Source: an uncultured virus (IMG/VR IMGVR_UViG_3300019776_000649) (Duplodnaviria > Heunggongvirae > Uroviricota > Caudoviricetes). From it: a stretch of 64,000 bases of DNA. The translations under genes were made by a program, and so were the position numbers. Position 1 is the stretch's first letter. Each line of letters begins with the position of its first letter. The stretch lies in the IMG/VR virus record IMGVR_UViG_3300019776_000649. One strand, written 5' to 3'. The notes beneath the pieces are model-generated. The model worked only from the letters and a program-made list of their open reading frames with translations. It was not told where the DNA came from and searched no databases. This document shows, in pieces, positions 10,182-19,533 of this stretch.

Positions 10182-10976
10182 GTGCTAATTCTTGATATTG
10201 ACCTCGACTTGTTCCAGAGTGAATGTGTTGATCGACGCCCTCGCGACAAAAATTCCCGCGTCGATGGCGACCCAACTTATCCCTGTATTACACCGTGGAC
10301 TGAAGCTAGATTACAACATTTTCTCGAATCACAGTGTGGACTTAGTCAGGATAACCCTGTTCCGACATTCTACGTTGAGCATCATATGGAAGTGTTTGAC
10401 ATCATCAAACACCTGATCTCTATAGGCTACATATCTGTCCCAGTTGAAATACTTCATTCGGATGCCCATGCTGATCTAGGTTGTGGAGATACTAGCCCTG
10501 ATTATATTGACAGAGAAATTCTCCAACTTCAAATCCATGATCGCGACAATCCGAAACGCTTCGATCTAAATAATAAGTCCACATGGGGTGGCCTAGATGA
10601 TGGTAATTTTCTTTTATTCGCCATAGCCTGTGGCTGGGTATCCCATCTTACTTATATCCATCACCCTCAACGTTTTAACGACATACCAATGTCTATTTTT
10701 CCTAATGATGTTCCTGAATCTGGAACTATCCAGCTCTATTGCTGGCCAATCCAAGAAATGAATGCTGACCCATATGCGTATTGGAAGCGTCCATCTATGG
10801 GTATCCCCGAACCACCTGTTGGTTTCTCGCGTGTACTTGTTGACCAGTTCAATAATCAACAACAGATTTCCTTGGCTTTTGTGGCAAAATCACCAAGCTA
10901 CACTATTAGTGCAGTAGATAATTTTTATCCGATCTTGCACAAGTATCTTAGACCGGTATCAATCTCAACCATTTGA
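10182..10976 (+). CDS. UPF0489-like putative metal-dependent hydrolase
   Basis: ILDIDLDLF, HH.EV, HSDAHADL motifs; stop codon lies inside the 53-bp element. Confidence 0.65.
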   Translation: MLILDIDLDLFQSECVDRRPRDKNSRVDGDPTYPCITPWTEARLQHFLESQCGLSQDNPVPTFYVEHHMEVFDIIKHLISIGYISVPVEILHSDAHADLGCGDTSPDYIDREILQLQIHDRDNPKRFDLNNKSTWGGLDDGNFLLFAIACGWVSHLTYIHHPQRFNDIPMSIFPNDVPESGTIQLYCWPIQEMNADPYAYWKRPSMGIPEPPVGFSRVLVDQFNNQQQISLAFVAKSPSYTISAVDNFYPILHKYLRPVSISTI

Positions 10977-11025
10977 TTTAATCGTTTAGTTGACCAATGT
11001 GAGACGGCGATTAAATCAATATACA

Positions 11026-11054
11026 TTGCCTGACGAGAACACCGGATGTAAAAT
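11026..11054 (+). promoter_or_regulatory. sigma70-type promoter, probably leaderless transcript
   Basis: TTGCCT-17-TAAAAT, ATG 6 nt downstream, directly after a 53-bp element. Confidence 0.55.
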
Positions 11055-11059
11055 ATGGC

Positions 11060-11302
11060 ATGAACGGAAATAATCTCAGTGGACGCCTCTTCCGTAACGT
11101 GTATTCACCGGAAGGAAAGCAGGCGGAAATCTATTTGATCGAGCCTAATGGGGATGAACATCTTGTTCGTTGCTTAGTCAAGGATAAGGATTCGGAGACC
11201 ATCATAGCAGCAAGCAAGGGTGAAACCATTGTTTACCTCAATGACCGTTATGGTTCTGCTAATGTGTGGTCTACTGCAAGAGGTATCGTCCTCGGAAATT
11301 AG
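11060..11302 (+). CDS. Small hypothetical protein (moron-like)
   Basis: 80 aa ORF with its own promoter, bracketed by two 53-bp elements. Confidence 0.65.
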   Translation: MNGNNLSGRLFRNVYSPEGKQAEIYLIEPNGDEHLVRCLVKDKDSETIIAASKGETIVYLNDRYGSANVWSTARGIVLGN

Positions 11303-11387
11303 CAAACTTCCTAACGACGATCATTTCCATTTGATTTAATTGCTCAGCAAACAAATAGGTAAAAGCGATTAAATCAAATGGACTCAC

Positions 11388-11421
11388 AAAAAAATAGCCC
11401 CTGACCGTTATTGCCAGGGGC
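11388..11421 (-). terminator. Intrinsic terminator ending the late operon
   Basis: GCCCCTG/CAGGGGC stem followed by a U7 tract on the - strand. Confidence 0.8.
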
Positions 11422-11429
11422 GCAAACCT

Positions 11430-12362
11430 CTATGCTTTTCCTGCGGATTCTAGGGCCTCTCGGAGCGTCCAGAAGGGCGTCACATCATGCCGATCATGCC
11501 GGAAGACAATGGCGGGGAAGTCTGGATTCTCAACAAGGCTGAAGAACCGCTTGCCATACCCAGAGCCCGTCTGCATGGTCCCGGTGTTGAGGGCAACGCG
11601 GAGCATTCCCCCCTCTTTCCATTTGGCGATGCCAGGAACGTGACTATCCCCCGCGATAGCCACCTCGCGGTCGTTGGCTTCCATCCGCATGTATCGAGCT
11701 TGGCCGTGAACCGGGTTGTACATTGAGCGACCACGAAAGGTATGGCTGACTGCCAGCTTGTAGGTCTGCTCCCCTACCGCTAGGTCGATGTGGCCGATGT
11801 GCGGGAACCAGACCATGTGCCGCTTGAAGATCGCGGCGTACTCGCTTCTGCCGACCTGGTTTTCCTCGCGCATGACGCTGTGGTTGTCCCAGGTAGAGAA
11901 AAGACCAAGGCCGTCCAACTCAGCGATCAGCAGCTCCAGTGCCTTGAACTGAAGGTCGGGCACTAGGACATTATCCATGACCTCCAGCACTCCCCGGAGT
12001 TTGATAGCCATCTGGATCATGTCGCCGATGAAGCCAACGCGAACGCCGTACTTCTTGATGGTGCCGATCAAGTCGGTCATGATGTCGTAGGCGCTTCCGT
12101 AGGAGCCAATATGCCAGTCGGCAATCGGCAACAGAATCAGCGGCTCCGTGGCATCAGGAAAGCTGATCTTGGCGAAGTCCTGAGACGCAGAGGCACGTCC
12201 CTTCGTCTCCTGCATGACCTTCGCCGCGTCGAATAGGTCGGCCAGGGTGATCTCCTCAGGCGTCTTCTTGTCCCAAAGAGTTGGACCTACTCCGTCGTTT
12301 CTGTCAGGTAGCCCCGGTGCAGAGTTTGGTAGCCCCGCCTGTGTGATCTCTTTTGTCTCCAT
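11430..12362 (-). CDS. Calcineurin-like metallophosphoesterase
   Basis: DWH, GD, DNH, H, GDSH motif series. Confidence 0.8.
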   Translation of the reverse strand: METKEITQAGLPNSAPGLPDRNDGVGPTLWDKKTPEEITLADLFDAAKVMQETKGRASASQDFAKISFPDATEPLILLPIADWHIGSYGSAYDIMTDLIGTIKKYGVRVGFIGDMIQMAIKLRGVLEVMDNVLVPDLQFKALELLIAELDGLGLFSTWDNHSVMREENQVGRSEYAAIFKRHMVWFPHIGHIDLAVGEQTYKLAVSHTFRGRSMYNPVHGQARYMRMEANDREVAIAGDSHVPGIAKWKEGGMLRVALNTGTMQTGSGYGKRFFSLVENPDFPAIVFRHDRHDVTPFWTLREALESAGKA

Positions 12363-12390
12363 ACACCCCTCACTTGCTTCAACAAGCCGC

Positions 12391-13170
12391 TCACTTCGCG
12401 ACAGTAGCGATTCCCCAACTACTATCTTTCACGTTCACACGCAGGTTCTTGGAATCCCAGGAGACCTCGTAGCCCTTTGCCCTGAGGAAGACAGCAACGC
12501 CGACTGGCACATCGGGTACGGTAGTGCCATTGATAGCTTGCATTAGGTCGTGGGCGGAAGCAGTAACGCTCTCGGAGCCATAGGTGAAAATCCCCTTGAC
12601 TTTGGTATCTTCTCCGTTGAAGTAGATCGAGATGAAGCCACTTGGACCCATAAGCGCACTGATCCTCCCGACGAACAGGGCTTTATCAATGTGAAGTCCG
12701 GGGCAGGTCTTGCTCGTCTTAGGATCGTCTCTATGGAAGTTAACCTTGTCACTTCCGAGACCAAGACGACGTAAAATCGTGACAATTGCCATTTGAGCGT
12801 TGTACATAACCTGCGGATCGGGTGATTCCTCATCGTAATCACCAAGCATCTCGATCCCAAGGCGAGTCGCGTTGAAGGAAACCGCGTGTACTCCACGAAC
12901 GTTCATCGGTGTAAATGTCCAGACACCGGTCTGATCGACAAATAAGTGTGGCCCAGCAGACCAACCAAGACCCTTATAGTATTCTTCGATGTTGTGGATA
13001 TGAGCAGAAGTAAGACCGTTTGGCCTTTGTTTTAAGCTAGGGGCAGAAGTGTGATGTACTGTAATGCCTTTAGGCTTCCAGTCAAGGGGTTTCCACTTAA
13101 AAGACGCAACATAACTCTCAAACTCTTCGATAGTGAAGTGTCTGCCGACGATCCCCTTCCATTTAGGCAT
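12391..13170 (-). CDS. Endolysin, N-acetylmuramoyl-L-alanine amidase (Amidase_2)
   Basis: ITVHHT, GVHA..FN..GIE, FHRD..KTCPG motifs; RBS AAGGAGG. Confidence 0.9.
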   Translation of the reverse strand: MPKWKGIVGRHFTIEEFESYVASFKWKPLDWKPKGITVHHTSAPSLKQRPNGLTSAHIHNIEEYYKGLGWSAGPHLFVDQTGVWTFTPMNVRGVHAVSFNATRLGIEMLGDYDEESPDPQVMYNAQMAIVTILRRLGLGSDKVNFHRDDPKTSKTCPGLHIDKALFVGRISALMGPSGFISIYFNGEDTKVKGIFTYGSESVTASAHDLMQAINGTTVPDVPVGVAVFLRAKGYEVSWDSKNLRVNVKDSSWGIATVAK

Positions 13171-13274
13171 GGCGGTGCCTCCTTATGATGAAGTATTTTT
13201 ACTGTTTCTTTACACCCTTGTTGGCATATTTTTTAACCTGGGGGTAGAATGCGAACTGAACGTATTTGTGGCTC

Positions 13275-13588
13275 TCGCGGATTCGTTCGGTTGCTCTCGT
13301 TGGTGAGGCTTATTGCCTCACAAGGTGCTTGCCGGGACGAGATGGCGGTCTCTACCGGAATGGTTTGAGCGGCAGTGTTGGTGTGACATTCCTCCTGCCG
13401 CTCATGCACCTCGATCTCAAGAACCAAAGCCCTGTGCCGAGATTTAGAGGCCCATCGCCTTGCCAGTGGCGAACCCCATCGGAGCTTAGGCGAAGGTACG
13501 AACCTTCGCGGTAGCTCCTCATCACCAGTCGAACGGTAATGAAGTCAGCCCTCTACCGAAGCCTTACACCCATCGTAAAACTCCGCGA
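13275..13588. ncRNA. Candidate structured ncRNA A
   Basis: Closing helix TCGCGGA/TCCGCGA with at least 7 internal stems in an intergenic gap. Confidence 0.5.
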
Positions 13589-13610
13589 TCAACCTCAAAG
13601 CCTGCACCAA

Positions 13611-13641
13611 CAAAAAAAGCGCCCATTTCTGGACGCTCTTT
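13611..13641 (-). terminator. Intrinsic terminator after the sigma gene
   Basis: AGCGTCC/GGGCGCT stem plus U tract on the - strand. Confidence 0.7.
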
Positions 13642-13656
13642 CTGTGATCTGATTGC

Positions 13657-14472
13657 CTAGTTTCTGCTTGAGTCTTTGGCATCCCAGAGCCTTCTCTGGA
13701 TGATCTTCATACACCTTGTGATAGCCCTGGTCACTATCTGGGGGTTCAGGTTCATGTCGTTGCCGATCTGGTACATGGAGGCATCACCTCGGTAGTAGCG
13801 ATCAAAGATTTCGATGTCTCTGTCGTTGCACTCTTCGGAGGCACCCAGAATCTGGATCGAACGCTGGTAGAGAATACCCGCCTCAACCTCGTCGAAGCCT
13901 TCATCACAGGCTGCGGCTATCTCGTCGGTCTTTGGGTCCAGATACCTGCCTTCGCTTGTGTTCACGGAGTAGATGCCGAACTCCGAGTCGAGCTTCACCA
14001 CCTGGCGGTAGGCAGTCCGCTTGTTGATGTACCGACGCATGTAGGTCCGGGCTCGCCAGATGACATCGGTCCTGAAATTTCTTCCAGCACTGCCTTCATC
14101 GTAGAGCATCATCGACATCGCGAGGGCATGTCGGCACTCGGAATGGAAGTCTTCCTCATCAGCTCCAGTTGATCCAGTCCGGCGTACGAGCCTCCTGAAA
14201 TCGGGATACATAATGTTGAGAAGACCCTTAGCGGCAAGTTCGGTATCTGTCTTGCGACCATCGGCTCTTGCTTGGTCATAGACATGCCACATGTCCTGAA
14301 TCATCAGGGTGACATCACTCGGTTTCTTGCGTACTGATTTTACTTCAGCCTGTACTGGCTTTGGTTCATCGGGAGGAGTGGCGGAAAGAGTAGGTGTTTT
14401 AGTAGCAACATGTCTTGTCGCATACCTAACACCCACAATGGCGGCTTGTGGACTGACTGGTGTGATAAACAT
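13657..14472 (-). CDS. Phage-encoded sigma70-family (region 2 + region 4) factor
   Basis: EDFHSECRHAL..YD....NFRT..IW region-2-like segment; DRDIEIFDRYY...SMYQIG..MNLNPQIVTR region-4 HTH. Confidence 0.7.
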   Translation of the reverse strand: MFITPVSPQAAIVGVRYATRHVATKTPTLSATPPDEPKPVQAEVKSVRKKPSDVTLMIQDMWHVYDQARADGRKTDTELAAKGLLNIMYPDFRRLVRRTGSTGADEEDFHSECRHALAMSMMLYDEGSAGRNFRTDVIWRARTYMRRYINKRTAYRQVVKLDSEFGIYSVNTSEGRYLDPKTDEIAAACDEGFDEVEAGILYQRSIQILGASEECNDRDIEIFDRYYRGDASMYQIGNDMNLNPQIVTRAITRCMKIIQRRLWDAKDSSRN

Positions 14473-14538
14473 ACTTTCCTCGCGTTACTGGTTGCTAAGA
14501 GTGGGTGAGCAATTGGCGGTTTCCCGACCCACTCATCG

Positions 14539-14567
14539 AACATACAACGCTTTTAGCTTACTGTCAA
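14539..14567 (-). promoter_or_regulatory. Host-type promoter of the sigma gene
   Basis: TTGACA-17-TATGTT on the - strand. Confidence 0.6.
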
Positions 14568-14688
14568 GTCTCTTACTCGACACATGAATTAACATTCTAA
14601 CGCGAGTTAAACCCATTTGATTTAGTCTGTTTATTCCATATGTCGGCTAGAAAATTAAACAAAACAGTAGAGCGTAAAACCGTTCAAA

Positions 14689-16032
14689 CTACGGTGTAAA
14701 GAGTCGCAATCTCTTGATGGTGTGGTATGAACCACTCAAAGTCTGCAATACAACTGAAAAACTGGAACCACTCACAGTGGAAATATCGACTCCAGAATCC
14801 CAATAGACAATTCCACCGAGATAACCTGAAATAGATGTATTTCCAACGAGTGATCCTCCTTGGTAGACTCTCCATGCGGCAATGTTAAAGTTGGTTCCGT
14901 AGTCAAAGAACATCCGGTAGGTCCCAGTGCTTGTCGCGGTCCAAGTATAGGTAAACTGTGATCCATTGCTACACCCCGGAAGGTTCGCTGGCCTGACATC
15001 TGCCGGGAAGTTCGGGTCGTTCCAAGTTGCTCCATACGAGGTGTCATCGACTAGATACGTTGCCGCAGGCGTAGCAGAAATCTCAAAGTTGGTTGGAGCA
15101 TGATAAGCCCATTTCCCCTTCCCGCTGATGACCCCGACCATCACGAAGACCTTATCCACATCGGCGCAATAGCACATTTTTGGAACGTCACTGCTGGTCC
15201 AAGAATCAGCATCCCTTGCGGCAGTTGTCGCGTAGTGAATAAGCTCAGTGATAGCACCGGTTGGAGTGACCCAATCGGCGTTGTAATCAGTACCGTCAAT
15301 CTTGGCAAGGACCTGTCCTGTACTTCCTCCGCTCGGTAGGCCACTGCCACCCGCAGAAGCGGAAATAGTAATCGTATCAGCACCATCGTTTACGGTCAAG
15401 GTGACATTGGTTCCTTCGACGAGGAGGGCTCCAACAGCATCCCGAACTGCCTCTAGGAAAGTTGAGTTGGTCACATCAAACCCGAAGGTCAGCGTGTTCG
15501 ATCCGTCGTTATAGGTCTTGGTGATCGGCCCTGTGACCTGGACAAGTGCATCAACCCTGTCGTCTATCTCCTCGTTGGTCGTTGCGGACGAAGAGGAGAT
15601 TGTGATGGTGTCTGCTCCGTCGTTGACGGTAACGGTGACATTTGACCCTGCCACCAGTAAGCTGCCTACTGCATCGCGAACGGCTTCCAGAAACGCGGAG
15701 TTGGCCAAGTCAAAACCAAGAGCCAAGCTGTTACCGCCGTCGTCATATGACTTTGTAAGAGGAGCCGACACAGCCAACAGAGAGTTAACGGTGTCCTGAA
15801 CCGTCTCGGCGAAAGACCCAGTGGTGACATAGGCAGAAAGATCGTATCCACCCATCTGCGTCCAAGTTACAGGGGAATCGTCGGTGAGCAACCAGAAGGA
15901 CTTGTTGTCGAGCTGGAGCGCCAGCTTCTTGACATCCTGAGCGGTGAACCCAGCGGCGGCAAGCCTGTCGGTTTCGTCAGCATACTCCCACCTGTGGATT
16001 CTATGTACCAGGGTGGCGTTTCCATGATTCAT
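14689..16032 (-). CDS. Tail fibre / receptor-binding protein
   Basis: Position after the hub gene; duplicated ~75 aa module; LPSGGSTGQVLAK fibre linker; beta-rich C-terminus. Confidence 0.75.
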   Translation of the reverse strand: MNHGNATLVHRIHRWEYADETDRLAAAGFTAQDVKKLALQLDNKSFWLLTDDSPVTWTQMGGYDLSAYVTTGSFAETVQDTVNSLLAVSAPLTKSYDDGGNSLALGFDLANSAFLEAVRDAVGSLLVAGSNVTVTVNDGADTITISSSSATTNEEIDDRVDALVQVTGPITKTYNDGSNTLTFGFDVTNSTFLEAVRDAVGALLVEGTNVTLTVNDGADTITISASAGGSGLPSGGSTGQVLAKIDGTDYNADWVTPTGAITELIHYATTAARDADSWTSSDVPKMCYCADVDKVFVMVGVISGKGKWAYHAPTNFEISATPAATYLVDDTSYGATWNDPNFPADVRPANLPGCSNGSQFTYTWTATSTGTYRMFFDYGTNFNIAAWRVYQGGSLVGNTSISGYLGGIVYWDSGVDISTVSGSSFSVVLQTLSGSYHTIKRLRLFTP

Positions 16033-16065
16033 GTGTGTGTCTCCTACGCCTTGTGTTTGTGCGTC

Positions 16066-19000
16066 CTACACCTCGTAGAGGAGTTCTCCATCCTCAATAA
16101 TAAACTCAGGGTTGTCAGGGTCTGTCAGGTCCAAAAGGATCGCCTCGATCACATCGCCGATGGTCAAGGACGACCCGGCACTAATGGCATCAAGCCTTTC
16201 GTCGAGAGAGTCGTAGGTGTCCCTGGCGTCAACAACCTCATCAGTGGTGTCGTCCCAGGTATCCCGCTCCTCGTCCGAGATATGGGGACCCGCCCTAAAG
16301 TCGTCATGCAGAGTCGCGTCGGAGCTGGACTTGCCAGACGTTCCCCAGTAGGAAGGCCCAGAAACCCATGAGGCTCCTCCACCTCCACTCCCCGGTGAAG
16401 CTGCGCCAGCACCAGCAGAACTGGCTCCGTCGTAAGACTGCCGTCGTGTCCTGCGGTCAATTAGCTCGATAAAGTAGCTTGCCTCGTCCCGCCACTCGCG
16501 AGACAGGTCTAGCTCCGTGGCGAGATTGCCGTCTTTTCCCCACCGCTCAGATACCCTTGCAATGGTGTGAAATCGAGAAAGTAGCTCAGCCCCGAAGTCG
16601 CCTCCAACATAGACCGCCTGACCGGGCCTGAAGGCTTCATCCGCGTTCGTGATCGTGATTCGAGGGTTATCTGCTGGTAAAGCGTTTTGAGCAAAATACC
16701 GAGCAAGATACGCCAGAGCATCCGCGTCATTTGTGATGGAGGCAACGTCGATGGTTTTCTCACGAACGTTGTAGTTCTCAGGCAGGTGCGAACCCAGGAT
16801 CAGTGCTTCCCGAGCACCCGTGATCCCGATGGCGTCATAGTCGATCCTGGAGTCGTCTGCCCTCACGCGAATCTGGTAGTTTCCGTCAGGACACCATGCG
16901 CGCTCTTCGGCATTCCTGACGGCAAAGCAGTCGAGCAGGACTGAACCATCGCCACGAATCAGAAGCTCGAACGATCCTTGGACTGCATCCTGGTAGGAAG
17001 CGAGCTGGTGGTAGTAGCTGTACCAACCACCACCGGCATCAACAAGCCCTGCGGTTATCGCGGCTCCAGAAGAGTCAAGAGCGCCGGTCGCAATCGTGTA
17101 GTCCGTGTGTGCTCTCTCGCTCCCATCTGCCTTCCAAAAGGTGTGCCTCAGGACCATCTTGGGAGACGTGCCAGAGTACCAGTCTGGCTTCTTCATGTGG
17201 AACATGATCCCCAGCAGCTCACCAGATCGGACGTTGTACCTTGCCGCGTTTCGCATCCTCACAGCAACACAGTTGGCGTTGTTATCCGAGGATGTCACCG
17301 TGATCGCAAGACAGTACCCCGAGTCGTCGATACCAGGGGAGTCCCGGTAGTCCCACTGCTGAGACTTGATCCGGGAGGTTCCGTTCTGGATCGCCTCCCA
17401 TCCATCCTGAGCTAGAGCCGTCATGGAGTGGAACTCGATAGCATCAAGTAGAACCCCGGTTCCGTTGCTGGCGACAGAGTGCATTCTGATCTTGAAGTGA
17501 ATGCCGGTGATCGTTCTTCCAACCGGTGGCGTAGGCACCGTAAGAGGAACCTCCCAGAGTACCCAATACCCCTTATCTGCCGTCAGGAACTGATCAACAA
17601 CGCCCGATGACTCGGAGCCATTGTCGTAGTGCCAGTTGAGAGTGATCTCCAGATTGCGGTAGGCCGACTGGTTCTCGTTGCGGTAGCGGAAGGCAAAGCG
17701 GTATTGCTCGTCGGTAGTGAGCGTTAGGCCAGTCAGTGTCCTCTCCAGCGCCTCGTTTTCACGGTCTATCTCCCACATCTTGGAGCCGGAGAAGGGGTTT
17801 CCCTCCTGACCACCGGCTTCCTTGAGCGATCCACCGCCGCCCCAGCCAGTCCCACCATCCTCAAAGTCTGCGTTTGGGATCAGGTTGAGTACACCAGCTC
17901 CCGCGTTGACCAGCTTGGAGAAGTTGGCGTTATAGACGAGGTTCGGGTTCGTCCTTGTCCCACCGTTCAGCGTGACGAGGTTTATGACCCGAGTCCAGTC
18001 CTGTTCTCCCTGAGCACCGTTCGCGACCGAGGACGGAACGATCAAGGAGTGATCCGGGCTGTCCAGACTGGTGATAGGGTAGAACTCAAGAGAGTTTGGC
18101 CGGTAGAAAAGAGCGTAAGACCTCTCAACTCCTGGCCTACTGATCTCCGTATAGTCCACCTCCTTGACATAGAAGCCCCAAGCAGCGGCGTTACCAGACT
18201 CCGTTACCATTGCATCGACAGCATCCTTCAGACTCTTGCCCCGGTAGTTCGCCGTTTGCCTTGTCATGCCGATTGTATGCGACTCAATCTGAAGACCTTC
18301 GTGCCTGTTCTCAAGAGCATCATGAGCCAGGTCTGAGAAAATCTTGGCGATGTCCTTGAACTGACCGTAGACAAAGTTGCGACGAACGGTCGAGTCTCCC
18401 GCAATAACGAATAGCCCGAACCCAGAGAGCTGGTACTGCCGTGGATTGGCCAGAGACACGACCGGCTTGGTGACAAACCCACGGTAGCGGCAAACGCCGT
18501 CGATCCAGAACTCAACCCTGGCGAAAGCGGGGAGATTGCTCAGGTCAACGTCGTCTCCAACGCCGTGCTCCGCAACCGTCAGGTTAAAGTTGGCATAGCC
18601 GCCGTACCGCTCTGTCTGCCAGTCTGCGGAGATGACGTGTCCAGTCGGAACTCCGTAGGAGTAGGCACCAGAGAAATCTGTGATGCGACACTCAAAACGA
18701 GTCGCCTGCCAGATGATGAGTTCTTCGGGAGAAGGGTCGGGCTCATCGGTCGCTACATTGCTTACTGGGACAACAATCCCTGTTAGTCCCGTCCCAGGCA
18801 CAGAAGTTTTTATGAAGGCTTCAGGAGGGGTCAAAGGCCCCAGTACGCCGGTAGCATCAACGTAGCTTTTGCCGACAGGAACCGTGTCTGGGTCTTCTGC
18901 TCCGTAGTCAGCCGACGAAGGAGGAAGCGTTGCGTCCAGAGCCCAGGCCAGGGTCTCGTCATAATCTGTCGTGAAGGTAGGGATCGTTACTCGATGCCGT

Positions 19001-19524
19001 ACTTGGTCGTAGATTCCCCCGTATCCAGCGGTGATGGTCCGAAGCCACATCACTTTGAGAAAAGGCCATGTCGCCTTGGCACTATCAAAAGCATCCGCAA
19101 ACTGAGTGATATGGGTCTCTGCTCCGCACGAAAACCAGACAATGGTCACATCGTCGTCTTCCGTAACACTACTGGCATCAAGAAACGCGGCGACATGGGT
19201 CATTGCGCCACCCAGCGTTGCGTACCAGACACCAACAGCACCCTGCGGAGCAATCGAGTTTAGCTCACTCAGGAAGGCAGTCTTGCTTTGGGTGAAGCCT
19301 ATTTCGGTGTCAATACCACCCCAATAGGAGATCAGCGCGATCTCAGAGCCACGGGCAAGAACCTCATCAAGCGTTCCCGTGATAGCCGCCTTGTAGGAAG
19401 TGAGGATGTCTTCGCCGCTGGGAGAAGTATCCAGAAGGTTCCTTGATTCCAGAGTATGGTCAACGACGAATACCACCTTCTGATTTCGCGGTATTGCCGG
19501 AAAGTTTGTTCCTGGCTGTGGCAT
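16066..19524 (-). CDS. Tail tip/baseplate hub protein with N-terminal vWA-like and internal carbohydrate-binding-like domains
   Basis: VVFVVD.T.S vWA-like start; NLVYNANF and NLIPNADFEDG CBM-like starts; follows the Dit gene. Confidence 0.7.
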   Translation of the reverse strand: MPQPGTNFPAIPRNQKVVFVVDHTLESRNLLDTSPSGEDILTSYKAAITGTLDEVLARGSEIALISYWGGIDTEIGFTQSKTAFLSELNSIAPQGAVGVWYATLGGAMTHVAAFLDASSVTEDDDVTIVWFSCGAETHITQFADAFDSAKATWPFLKVMWLRTITAGYGGIYDQVRHRVTIPTFTTDYDETLAWALDATLPPSSADYGAEDPDTVPVGKSYVDATGVLGPLTPPEAFIKTSVPGTGLTGIVVPVSNVATDEPDPSPEELIIWQATRFECRITDFSGAYSYGVPTGHVISADWQTERYGGYANFNLTVAEHGVGDDVDLSNLPAFARVEFWIDGVCRYRGFVTKPVVSLANPRQYQLSGFGLFVIAGDSTVRRNFVYGQFKDIAKIFSDLAHDALENRHEGLQIESHTIGMTRQTANYRGKSLKDAVDAMVTESGNAAAWGFYVKEVDYTEISRPGVERSYALFYRPNSLEFYPITSLDSPDHSLIVPSSVANGAQGEQDWTRVINLVTLNGGTRTNPNLVYNANFSKLVNAGAGVLNLIPNADFEDGGTGWGGGGSLKEAGGQEGNPFSGSKMWEIDRENEALERTLTGLTLTTDEQYRFAFRYRNENQSAYRNLEITLNWHYDNGSESSGVVDQFLTADKGYWVLWEVPLTVPTPPVGRTITGIHFKIRMHSVASNGTGVLLDAIEFHSMTALAQDGWEAIQNGTSRIKSQQWDYRDSPGIDDSGYCLAITVTSSDNNANCVAVRMRNAARYNVRSGELLGIMFHMKKPDWYSGTSPKMVLRHTFWKADGSERAHTDYTIATGALDSSGAAITAGLVDAGGGWYSYYHQLASYQDAVQGSFELLIRGDGSVLLDCFAVRNAEERAWCPDGNYQIRVRADDSRIDYDAIGITGAREALILGSHLPENYNVREKTIDVASITNDADALAYLARYFAQNALPADNPRITITNADEAFRPGQAVYVGGDFGAELLSRFHTIARVSERWGKDGNLATELDLSREWRDEASYFIELIDRRTRRQSYDGASSAGAGAASPGSGGGGASWVSGPSYWGTSGKSSSDATLHDDFRAGPHISDEERDTWDDTTDEVVDARDTYDSLDERLDAISAGSSLTIGDVIEAILLDLTDPDNPEFIIEDGELLYEV

Positions 19525-19533
19525 GATCTTCTC

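Noticed and set aside
14689..16032. Diversity-generating retroelement targeting the fibre
   Set aside because: No reverse transcriptase and no TR/VR pair differing at adenines seen in the window.
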